From NCBI RefSeq assembly GCF_003945235.1, contig NZ_RSDW01000001.1:2700001-2732000 (forward strand): a DNA stretch of 32,000 bases, in the 5' to 3' direction. Below the pieces are notes generated by a model. That model had not been told where the DNA came from, did no database searches, and saw only the letters and a list, made by a program, of their open reading frames with translations. The DNA comes from Edaphobacter aggregans (lineage in GTDB: Bacteria > Acidobacteriota > Terriglobia > Terriglobales > Acidobacteriaceae). Of this stretch, positions 24,605 to 32,000 are shown in pieces (the first letter of the stretch is position 1; each line of letters begins with the position of its first letter). Both the position numbers and the translations under genes were made by a program.

Positions 24605-24931
24605 ATGCTTCCTTCGAGTAATTGCGTGGCGATTCACCTTACGGATATTTCGGCGGCGGAGAACTACTACACGAATGTGATGAAGTTCGAGATGGTGAGC
24701 CGGACGGAGACGAGCGTCGCGTACGATGCGGGGAGTTTCCTTCTGAAGGTGAACGCGGACCTGAATCCTGGGCCGCCGATTCCCAGCTTTCCGGTGAGGG
24801 ATATACGGGCGGCTAAGGTAGGGCTGATCGCGAATGGGTGCACGATTTTGCTGGATAATGGGGACTCGCTCTGCTTCAAGGACCCGTTTGGCATCGTCTA
24901 TTGCGTGGCGGAAGAGAAGACGGACAGCTAG
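24605..24931 (+). CDS. Small VOC/glyoxalase-fold protein
   Basis: MLPSSNCVAIHLTDISAAENYYTNVMKFEMVSR...FKDPFGIVYCVAE follows the beta-alpha-beta-beta-beta VOC pattern. I prefer the ATG at 24605 over the track start. Confidence 0.6.
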   Translation: MLPSSNCVAIHLTDISAAENYYTNVMKFEMVSRTETSVAYDAGSFLLKVNADLNPGPPIPSFPVRDIRAAKVGLIANGCTILLDNGDSLCFKDPFGIVYCVAEEKTDS

Positions 24932-25022
24932 TTAGACCTGTTATGGTACCTATTTGATGGTTGTAGCGCTTGGAGTGCAGTTTTAGCAGTGCGCCGCCCG
25001 GAGCGCAGAGTACAATCGTGCC

Positions 25023-25280
25023 ATGCAGATCACGATCGACATTCCGGAGACGCTTGCGCATAAAGCTGAAGTCGCCGGTGTGGATGTGTCGACATATTTG
25101 CAGCGTCTGATCGAACGAGATGTTCTTTCAGAATCGGCAGGAGGCACGCGTCTGGTGCGCTTTGAGCCCGGGTCGAAAACTCCGGCAGAGGCTGGCGCAG
25201 ACATTCTTGAGATGCGCAAGAAACTCACGCTCGACGGCATCAAAATTAAAGATCTGATCGAAGAAGGCCGCCGCTACTGA
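25023..25280 (+). CDS. vapB: Type II antitoxin (ribbon-helix-helix-like), partner of VapC
   Basis: 85 aa, MQITIDIPETLAHKAEVAGVDVSTYLQRLIERDV. Its stop overlaps the start of the PIN gene (TGATG). Confidence 0.7.
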   Translation: MQITIDIPETLAHKAEVAGVDVSTYLQRLIERDVLSESAGGTRLVRFEPGSKTPAEAGADILEMRKKLTLDGIKIKDLIEEGRRY

Positions 25281-25693
25281 TGGCTTTCGTTCTCGATGCA
25301 TCGGCGGCGCTGCCTTGGTGTTTTTCCGATGAGGTTTCTGCTTTTACGGAATCACTCCTTGCTCGTGCTTCGAGCGGCGAAGAGTTATTTGTTCCTGCGC
25401 ACTGGACTACAGAAGTGTTGAGTGCGCTCATAGAAGGAAGACGACGAAATCGCATCTCGGACATCGAGATTGAGCGCTTTCTTATTGATTTGACTTCGTT
25501 CCACATCGTGATAGAGGAAAGCTATTCCGTTTTCCGGATGCGCGAGCCTAGACTGCTCGCCGAAAAGCATAACTTGACTGCCTACGATGCAGCTTATCTC
25601 GACCTTGCGAAACGCCATTCGCTCCCGCTGGCGACTTTGGATCAACGGCTTCGGCAAGCAAGCGCCTTTGAGGGATTTTTACTAACCGATTGA
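25280..25693 (+). CDS. vapC: PIN-domain ribonuclease toxin VapC
   Basis: MAFVLDASAALPW (first acidic residue), ...E..., LTAYDAAYLDLAKRHSLPLATLDQRL (conserved D residues); 137 aa. Confidence 0.85.
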   Translation: MAFVLDASAALPWCFSDEVSAFTESLLARASSGEELFVPAHWTTEVLSALIEGRRRNRISDIEIERFLIDLTSFHIVIEESYSVFRMREPRLLAEKHNLTAYDAAYLDLAKRHSLPLATLDQRLRQASAFEGFLLTD

Positions 25694-25786
25694 ACGGCCG
25701 TCGCGATTGGCCCGCTATCAATCCAAATCCAAAGATTGCGCCCGAAGAGCAAATAAAAAGCGAATACAATTTGTTCATATTTGCTT

Positions 25787-27109
25787 ATGGATTTCACTCC
25801 TTATCCCGATCGGTTTGGGTTTCTGCATATCGATCTGAATTCGTTTTTTGCTTCGGTGGAGCAGCAGTTGGAGCCGAAGTATCGTGGGAGGCCGCTGGCT
25901 GTGGTGCCTACGATGGCCGATACGACTTGCTGCATTGCGGCTAGCTATGAGGCGAAGGCGCTGGGGATCAAGACCGGGACGCAGGTGGGGGAGGCGAAGA
26001 AGAAGTGTCCGGAGATTGTACTGATCGAGGGGAATCATACGGAGTATGCGAAGTACTCGAAGGCGATTGCGGATGCGGTGGAGTTGTGTTGTCCGGTGGC
26101 GCATACGCCTTCGATCGATGAGATGGTGTGTCAGCTGATTGGGCGGGAACAGGAGCCTCCGCGAGCGCGGAGGATTGCGCTGGATATTAAGCAGTCGATT
26201 TATAAGAACGTGGGTGTGGCGCTGCGGTGTTCGATTGGGATGGCTCCGAACCGTTATCTAGCGAAGATTGCCAGCGATATGCAGAAGCCGGATGGGTTGA
26301 TCGGACTACTGCCCTCTCAGTTGCCGCGGGCGATTGCTCATCTTGAGTTGCGGGATCTGCCGGGGGTAGGGGCGCGGACCGAGGTTCGGCTGAATGCGAA
26401 GGGCATTACGACGATGGAGCAGTTGCTGGCGCTCGATCGTGCGGGGATGCATAAGCTTTGGGACAGCGTGTGGGGCGACAGGCTGTATCACTGGCTGAGG
26501 GGCGAGGCGACGGGGGATGATGGAGCGCCGGTGTCGAGTGGGGTGCAGAAGTCGCTGGGGCACTCGCATGTGATGGCTCCGGAGTTTCGGTCGCAGGAGG
26601 GTGCGTGGTCGGTGGCGCATAAGCTGCTGCACAAGGCGGCGATGCGGCTACGGATGGAGAAGTTTTATGCGGGGTCGATGGCGGTGACGATTCGGTTTCA
26701 GCTGACGCGGGAGCAGGCGGAGGGGATGGCGAAGGCGAAGAAACATTTCAGCGGGATCAAGCACTCGGGGTGGGGGATGGAGGCGCGGTTCAGGGATTGT
26801 CAGGACACGCTGACGCTGCTGGAGGTGCTGCGCGGGATTTGGAAGCAGCGGCCTCAGGGGGCGGAGTTTCAGCGGCCGTTTTTTGTGGGGGTGACGCTGC
26901 GCGATTTGATTCCGGAGAACGAGCATCAGGAGGATCTGTTTGGTGACCCGAATAATCGCGGGCAGCTTTCGGCGACGATGGATAAGCTGAATCTGAAGTA
27001 TGGGCATACGACGCTGCACTTCGCCGGGATGCTTCCAGCGCGGGAGAGCGCTCCTACGCGGATCGCGTTTACGCAGATTCCGGTGCAGTATGGGGTGGAT
27101 TATATGTAG
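25787..27109 (+). CDS. Y-family DNA polymerase (DinB/ImpB-type, catalytic residues present)
   Basis: FLHIDLNSFFASVEQ (motif I Asp), AASYEAKALGIKTG, HTPSIDEMVCQL (motif III D-E), GMAPNRYLAKIASDMQKPDG and LRDLPGVGARTEVRL (HhH). I prefer the ATG at 25787 over the TTG at 25781. Confidence 0.85.
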   Translation: MDFTPYPDRFGFLHIDLNSFFASVEQQLEPKYRGRPLAVVPTMADTTCCIAASYEAKALGIKTGTQVGEAKKKCPEIVLIEGNHTEYAKYSKAIADAVELCCPVAHTPSIDEMVCQLIGREQEPPRARRIALDIKQSIYKNVGVALRCSIGMAPNRYLAKIASDMQKPDGLIGLLPSQLPRAIAHLELRDLPGVGARTEVRLNAKGITTMEQLLALDRAGMHKLWDSVWGDRLYHWLRGEATGDDGAPVSSGVQKSLGHSHVMAPEFRSQEGAWSVAHKLLHKAAMRLRMEKFYAGSMAVTIRFQLTREQAEGMAKAKKHFSGIKHSGWGMEARFRDCQDTLTLLEVLRGIWKQRPQGAEFQRPFFVGVTLRDLIPENEHQEDLFGDPNNRGQLSATMDKLNLKYGHTTLHFAGMLPARESAPTRIAFTQIPVQYGVDYM

Positions 27110-27188
27110 GTTGAGATGATGGATTGATATCTGTGGCACTACGAGCAAAATATTGGGATTCTTCCCCTTCGACTCAACTCAGGGCAGA

Positions 27189-28019
27189 ATGACGACAAAG
27201 AACAATGCCAACCGTTATGTGGGAAGATTGGCTCCTTCGCCGACTGGATTGCTGCATGTAGGCCATGCCGCGACATTCTGGGCAGCGCATGAGCGTGCGC
27301 GGGAGTATAACGGCAGGCTGTTGCTGCGTAATGAGGATCTTGATCCGCAGCGGTCGAAGGTTGAGTTTGTGGAGGCGATGGTTGAGGATCTCGCGTGGCT
27401 GGGGATTGAGTGGGAGCCTCCGATGATTTCCCAGTCGGAACGTAGGGAGTTGTATCGTGCTGCGTTCGAGCGGTTGCTGGAGGCGGGGTTTGTTTATCCG
27501 TGTCGTTGCAGCCGGAAGGATCTGGCGCGGATGATGCACGCTCCGCATGAGGATGTAGATGATGAGCTGGTGTATGACGGACGGTGTCGGCCTGCGGGTG
27601 AGGCTCTATCGCGGAGTCTCGTGCCGGAGATGAATTACCGGTTTCGGGTTTCGGATGGTGAGGTTGTTCGTTTTGTCGATGGCGATGTGGGGGCACAGAA
27701 CTTTACGGCGAGGGTGGACTTTGGGGATTTTCTGGTCTGGCGTAAGGATGGCTTGCCGAGTTATCAGCTTGCTTGTGTTGTCGATGATGCGGCGATGGGG
27801 ATTACTGAGGTTGTGCGAGGGACTGATCTGTTGAAGTCGACGGCGCGGCAGATCTTGCTGCAACGTGCGCTGGGCTTGGGTGGGGTTGAGTATTTTCATA
27901 CACGGCTGATGGTGGATGAGCATGGTGTGCGGCTGGCGAAGCGGCATGATGCGCTGGCGATTCGTACGCTGCGGGAGCATGGGTTGAGCCGTGAGGATGT
28001 ACTGGCGATGGCTGGTTAA
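27189..28019 (+). CDS. gluQ: tRNA glutamyl-Q(34) synthetase (GluRS paralog lacking the anticodon-binding domain)
   Basis: YVGRLAPSPTGLLHVGHAATFWAAHERAREYNGRLLLRNEDLDPQR...YPCRCSRKDL...YDGRCR...SYQLACVVDDAAMGITEVVRGTDLL. The size fits YadB/GluQRS. Confidence 0.85.
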   Translation: MTTKNNANRYVGRLAPSPTGLLHVGHAATFWAAHERAREYNGRLLLRNEDLDPQRSKVEFVEAMVEDLAWLGIEWEPPMISQSERRELYRAAFERLLEAGFVYPCRCSRKDLARMMHAPHEDVDDELVYDGRCRPAGEALSRSLVPEMNYRFRVSDGEVVRFVDGDVGAQNFTARVDFGDFLVWRKDGLPSYQLACVVDDAAMGITEVVRGTDLLKSTARQILLQRALGLGGVEYFHTRLMVDEHGVRLAKRHDALAIRTLREHGLSREDVLAMAG

Positions 28020-28024
28020 GGCGG

Positions 28025-28038
28025 ATGACAGTTGTCAT
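28025..28038. promoter_or_regulatory. Perfect palindrome ATGACA-GT-TGTCAT upstream of the ABC/two-component operon (candidate operator)
   Basis: 6-bp arms with a 2-nt spacer, about 90 nt upstream of the ATG at 28124. The function is inferred only. Confidence 0.25.
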
Positions 28039-28123
28039 GTTGTTTCGTGACGATCTCCACTGTTGCAATGCAGCGGATGGGAAGATGCTCTTTTGTGTTG
28101 GCAGATGATGAAGGAGGCGTAGG

Positions 28124-29068
28124 ATGCCCGCTACTGCACTGATACGAGAGACGGAGATTGAACGATATGCTTCGGCGATTGAGCCGCAACAGGCGGTTGC
28201 TACGTTGACCGGCGTGACGAAGCGCTATGGCGATACGCTGGCGCTGGATGAGTTGAACCTGGCTCTGCGGGCGGGCGAGGTTGTGGCGCTGTTGGGGCCG
28301 AATGGCGCGGGCAAGTCGACGGCGGTGCGGTTGCTGCTGGGATTGATTGCTCCTACTGCGGGTACGGCGCGGGTGTTTGGTGGTGATCCGCAAACGCCAT
28401 CGACGCGGCTGCGGGTGGGTGCGATGCTGCAGGTTGCGCGGATTCCGGAGACGCTGCGGGTTCGTGAGCATCTGGATTTGTTTCGCAGTTATTATCCGAA
28501 TCCGCTTTCGATGGCGGAGGTGGTGAGGATTGCGCAGCTTGATGGGATTGAAGACAAGATGTTCAGCAAGTTGAGCGGCGGGCAGAAACAGCGTGTGCTG
28601 CTTGGGCTGGCGATGTGCGGCGATCCTGATCTGGTGTTTCTGGATGAGCCGACTGTGGGGATGGATATCGAGGCGCGACGAGGCCTGTGGCAGCAGATTC
28701 GCACGCTAGCGAATCGCGGCAAGACGGTGTTGCTGACGACGCATTATCTGGAAGAGGCCGATGCTTTGGCGCATCGGATTGTCGTGCTCAGCAAGGGGAA
28801 GATCGTTAGCGAGGGAACGCCTGCCGAGATCAAGAGCGCGAGTGCGGGGCGCAAGATTCGCTGCCGTACTCGGCTTACGGCTGAGCTTCTACGTGCGCTG
28901 CCGGGTGTCACCAGTGTGGAGCAGAGCGGCGATGATGTTGTGGTTATGACTCCGCGGGCCGAGGATGTTGTGCGCGAGATGCTGCTACGCGATGAAACGT
29001 TGAGCAATCTCGAGATCTCGAGTCCGGCACTGGAAGATGCTTTTCTTGCACTTACTACTTCGAACTGA
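28124..29068 (+). CDS. ABC transporter ATP-binding protein (ABC-2/DrrA-like)
   Basis: Walker A GPNGAGKST, signature LSGGQKQR, Walker B LVFLDEPT, H-loop TTHYLEEA. Confidence 0.9.
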   Translation: MPATALIRETEIERYASAIEPQQAVATLTGVTKRYGDTLALDELNLALRAGEVVALLGPNGAGKSTAVRLLLGLIAPTAGTARVFGGDPQTPSTRLRVGAMLQVARIPETLRVREHLDLFRSYYPNPLSMAEVVRIAQLDGIEDKMFSKLSGGQKQRVLLGLAMCGDPDLVFLDEPTVGMDIEARRGLWQQIRTLANRGKTVLLTTHYLEEADALAHRIVVLSKGKIVSEGTPAEIKSASAGRKIRCRTRLTAELLRALPGVTSVEQSGDDVVVMTPRAEDVVREMLLRDETLSNLEISSPALEDAFLALTTSN

Positions 29069-29103
29069 AGCTTATTACGCAATTGCAATTCGAGGAGAAC
29101 ACT

Positions 29104-29907
29104 ATGTCGACTCCGACTATCGCTTATCACGTGCCACAGTCGTTTAGCTTTGCTCGCACTGCGAAAATTTTTATTAAAGAGACGAAGTACGAGTTTCTTA
29201 AGCTGCTGCGCAACCGTTCGTTTTCGCTTGCGGTTATTGGCTTTCCTATTATGTTTTATCTGCTGTTCGGCGTAAGCAATCGCGGTGTGCATAGTAGCGG
29301 AATTCACATGGCGCGGTACCTGCTGGCCGGATATGCGTGCTTTGGGTTGATCGGCGCGGCGCTGTTCGGTATTGGGGTGGGTTTGGCGGGCGAGCGGGCT
29401 GCGGGATGGCTTGAAGTGAAGCGCGCGAGCCCTATGCCACCACCTGCGTACCTTTTTGCGAAGTGCATGGGCGCTATTGTCTTTGGGCTGATTATTCTTA
29501 CGGCCTTGACGGTGCTTGCGGTGACGATCGGTGGGGTCTCCGTGACCGGTTTTGAGTTGGTGAAGATGTTCGGTCTGAGCGTCGTTGGGTCGATTTCGTT
29601 TGCGAGCATGGGTTTTTTGCTGGCGCTGCTTGTTCCGGCGAATGCTGCGCCGGGCATCGTGAATTTAATCTATCTGCCGATGTCGTTTATGAGCGGGCTT
29701 TGGATGCCGATTCAATATCTGCCGCATTCGCTGCAGCGGATTGCGCCTGCTCTGCCGACGTATCATCTTGCTCAGTTGATGCTTGGGGTCTTCGGCTATG
29801 CAAATCAAAGTTCGGCGGCAAGCCATTGGTTTGGTCTTGCGGGGTTCACGATGGTGATGCTGGGAACGAGCTGGCTGATCTTCAATCGTGCGCAGCAGAA
29901 TGCCTGA
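29104..29907 (+). CDS. ABC-2 type transporter permease
   Basis: Six hydrophobic segments, immediately downstream of the ATPase. GAGGAG lies 6 nt upstream of the ATG at 29104. Confidence 0.8.
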   Translation: MSTPTIAYHVPQSFSFARTAKIFIKETKYEFLKLLRNRSFSLAVIGFPIMFYLLFGVSNRGVHSSGIHMARYLLAGYACFGLIGAALFGIGVGLAGERAAGWLEVKRASPMPPPAYLFAKCMGAIVFGLIILTALTVLAVTIGGVSVTGFELVKMFGLSVVGSISFASMGFLLALLVPANAAPGIVNLIYLPMSFMSGLWMPIQYLPHSLQRIAPALPTYHLAQLMLGVFGYANQSSAASHWFGLAGFTMVMLGTSWLIFNRAQQNA

Positions 29908-31051
29908 TGCGCGTTACACTTTCGGGGAAGCGATGAGCGATAAAGATCAACTAGCGTGCGAGAGTCCGAGCATCGGTAGCCGCAGCGGTACGGGCTACAT
30001 CTGGATGGCGTATTCGGTGTTCTTTTTTGTGGATCCGATCATGCGTCGTAGCCTGCGCTTCTGGCTGGTGTGCGTGGGGATCTACGCGGTCTTTCTGGCT
30101 GTCTATATCGGCTACATGCGGGCGCGTTCCACTAAGCAGCGTTATGTTCTGTTGGCTGCTTTTTATGTTCTGGGGATGGTGTCGCTTCCGATCAACTCCA
30201 GTTCGACGGCCTTCTTTGTTTATAGTGCCGCGTTCCTTCCGTTTGCCGTGGCTTCTGTACCGACTGTCATTGCAGTGATGGTGGCACAGTGCCTTGGAGT
30301 GGCGGTACAGGGTCTGGTGATGCATGTCAGTCTGATTCCGATTGCAATAACGATTTTCATGATCATTGTTGTGGGGACGAGCAACATCTTCGTCGCGCAG
30401 CAGAAGCGCTCGCAGCACAGGTTGCGAGTGGCGCATGACGAGATCGAGCGGCTGGCTGCGCTGGCAGAGCGAGAGCGGATTGCGCGCGACCTGCATGATG
30501 TTCTGGGGCATACGCTGTCGGTGATTGTGTTGAAGTCGGAGCTGGCGGGACGGCTGGTGGAACGCGATCCGCAGCGTGCGGCGCAGGAGATTGGCGATGT
30601 GGAGAAGACTGCGAGGACCGCGCTGAAGGAGGTGCGCGAGGCAATTGGAGGGTATCGGTCGCAGGGGCTCGCCGCTGAGGTGGAGATGGCGCGCAATACG
30701 CTGCAGACTGCTGGTGTGGCGATGGCTTGCGAGTCGCCGGTGCCGAAGCTGACGTCGGAGGAGGAGACGGTGCTGTGCCTGGCACTGCGTGAGGCCGTCA
30801 CGAATATTGTTCGCCACGCTCATGCGACGCAGTGCCGGATGCGCTTCGCTACGACGGAGGACCGCTTCCACTCGCTACAAGTGGAGGACGATGGCCCTCA
30901 TCCAATAAAGCAGGAAGGCAATGGGCTGCGTGGAATGCGGGAGAGGGTGCAGTCGCTGGGTGGGCGCTTCTCGATCAATAGCGAACATGGCACGACGCTG
31001 TTAGTGGAGCTTCCGGTCAGGACAACTTCGACTACAGGTGTGGTGCAGTGA
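29900..31051 (+). CDS. Sensor histidine kinase, HisKA_3 (DesK/LiaS/NarX-like) with multi-TM sensor
   Basis: H-box ERERIARDLHDVLGHTLS, N-box LREAVTNIVRHA, G-boxes EDDGP...GNGLRGMRERV. The start is uncertain: ATG 29900 overlaps the permease stop, and GTG 29888 and ATG 29933 are alternatives. Confidence 0.85.
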   Translation: MPDARYTFGEAMSDKDQLACESPSIGSRSGTGYIWMAYSVFFFVDPIMRRSLRFWLVCVGIYAVFLAVYIGYMRARSTKQRYVLLAAFYVLGMVSLPINSSSTAFFVYSAAFLPFAVASVPTVIAVMVAQCLGVAVQGLVMHVSLIPIAITIFMIIVVGTSNIFVAQQKRSQHRLRVAHDEIERLAALAERERIARDLHDVLGHTLSVIVLKSELAGRLVERDPQRAAQEIGDVEKTARTALKEVREAIGGYRSQGLAAEVEMARNTLQTAGVAMACESPVPKLTSEEETVLCLALREAVTNIVRHAHATQCRMRFATTEDRFHSLQVEDDGPHPIKQEGNGLRGMRERVQSLGGRFSINSEHGTTLLVELPVRTTSTTGVVQ

Positions 31052-31662
31052 TGGCTGAGATCCGGGTTGTGATTGCAGAAGATCAAGGGATGGTGCTGGG
31101 AGCGCTGGCTGCATTGCTGGATCTGGAGGCGGACATCTGCGTTGTCGCTCGCGCTGCCAATGGGCGGGCTGCGTTGGATGCGGTCGCGAGTTGCTCGCCT
31201 GACGTTCTGGTCACCGACATTGAGATGCCGAGGATGACGGGACTTGAGTTGGCTGCTGCGTTGAAGACAAGCCATCCTGAGGTGCGGACGATTATTCTGA
31301 CGACGTTTGCGCGGCCTGGATATCTGCGGCGCGCGATGGATGCGGGGGCAAGAGGCTATCTGCTGAAGGACAGGCCGGCTGCTGAGTTAGCAGATGCGGT
31401 TCGGCGCGTGCATCAAGGGCTGCGCGTGGTTGATCCGGCACTCGCTGCGGAGGCGTGGAGTGCGGAAGCTGATCCGTTGAGCGATCGCGAGCGGCAGATT
31501 CTGCAGCGGGCGGGCGATGGCAAGAGCAGCACGGAGATTGCCACTGAGTTGCATCTGTCGGATGGCACGGTGAGGAACTATCTCTCTGAAGCGATTGCGA
31601 AGCTGGGCGCTGCGAATCGTGTAGATGCTGCAAGGATTGCACGGGCAAAGGGCTGGCTGTAA
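31051..31662 (+). CDS. NarL/LuxR-family response regulator
   Basis: Receiver domain IRVVIAEDQ...DVLVTDIEMPRMTG...ILTTF. LuxR HTH LSDRERQILQRAGDGKSSTEIATELHLSDGTVRNYLSEAIAKLG. The start overlaps the kinase stop (TGATG). Confidence 0.9.
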   Translation: MAEIRVVIAEDQGMVLGALAALLDLEADICVVARAANGRAALDAVASCSPDVLVTDIEMPRMTGLELAAALKTSHPEVRTIILTTFARPGYLRRAMDAGARGYLLKDRPAAELADAVRRVHQGLRVVDPALAAEAWSAEADPLSDRERQILQRAGDGKSSTEIATELHLSDGTVRNYLSEAIAKLGAANRVDAARIARAKGWL

Positions 31663-31746
31663 TTCTTCTGTCGCCGAGGCAACCAATTATGGCATAAGAC
31701 GCTTTTTGACTCTTCTGCATCCGACGGTGTGGAAGAGGAGAAGCTT

Positions 31747-32000
31747 ATGTATGGTCACTCTGTTTGTTCTACTCTGCGTGCTGTTGCTCTTTGCGGCGCA
31801 GTTGCTTTGCTTGTCCCGGGCTGTAACAAGAAAGCTGACAATTCGATGAATTACAAGAGCGCGATCGACACGTATTACAGCGCACATCCGGCGTGCGTGT
31901 GGTCAGAGCCGGTCAAGTTTCCGGTGCAGGCTGATACATCGGACACGAGTAAGACATCGGGTTACGATGCGCTTGTCGATCAGGGCTTGCTGGTGAGGAC
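31747..32000 (+). CDS. Putative lipoprotein, C-terminus beyond the right window edge
   Basis: Not in the track because no stop falls in the window. ATG 31747 follows GAGGAG and reads MYGHSVCSTLRAVALCGAVALLVPGCNKKADNSMNYKSAIDTYYSAHPACVWSEPVKF... with the lipobox-like LVPGC. The frame is open to position 32000. Confidence 0.55.
   Translation, partial: MYGHSVCSTLRAVALCGAVALLVPGCNKKADNSMNYKSAIDTYYSAHPACVWSEPVKFPVQADTSDTSKTSGYDALVDQGLLVR

Noticed and set aside
25773-25789. Possible LexA operator (GTTC-N7-GTTC type, reported for Acidobacterium capsulatum and Alphaproteobacteria) at the polymerase start: GTTCatatttgCTTA
   Set aside because: Only the first half-site matches and the second has two of four mismatches. 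GAAT-N7-GTTC nearby does not fit the Cheo-box spacing either.
27134-27148. TGGCAC hexamer upstream of gluQ as a second sigma-54 promoter (other TGGCAC occurrences lie inside aspS and antisense in the permease gene)
   Set aside because: At 27134 the downstream GC is 2 nt too close for a -12 element. The other TGGCAC occurrences lie inside coding regions or on the wrong strand.
1-32000. Search for CRISPR arrays, IS elements, integrases, prophage genes, or tRNA/rRNA genes
   Set aside because: None recognised. The only repeats are the short GC-hairpin family and the 28-nt duplication, and neither has CRISPR-like regular spacing.

Overview
GC-rich bacterial chromosomal segment. The gene content (a PEP-CTERM protein, a Tat-exported ferritin-like protein, a CarboxypepD_reg protein, GTCATCCTGAGCG-type intergenic repeats) suggests Acidobacteriota (Terriglobia-like); that assignment is my inference. 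Most of the window is housekeeping: purL (partial), dut, rpmA-rplU, rpsU, hisS-aspS, an acyl-CoA carboxyltransferase and gluQ. Between these lie a large decayed DUF3857/transglutaminase/TPR pseudogene, a Tat ferritin-like protein, a rhomboid-like protein lacking the catalytic residues, an M28 peptidase, an unlinked LysW-like zinc-ribbon protein, a cupin, a PEP-CTERM protein with a sigma-54-type promoter, a VapBC pair beside a Y-family polymerase, and a four-gene ABC-2 transporter plus DesK/NarL-type two-component module. I recognised no rRNA, tRNA, CRISPR array, transposase or integrase. I do not see a convincing new multi-gene system such as a defence island. The items most worth a second look are: (1) a two-module GC-hairpin repeat family at three intergenic loci, with differing but still self-complementary cores; (2) one ~3.2-kb gene broken by four frameshifts and two in-frame TAGs while all neighbours are intact; (3) a ~28-nt (extended ~60-nt) direct duplication of the cupin 5' end bracketing the PEP-CTERM cassette; (4) the LysW-like acidic-tail protein with no partner enzymes nearby; (5) the rhomboid-like pseudoprotease. 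All family calls come from reading motifs by eye, with no database search.
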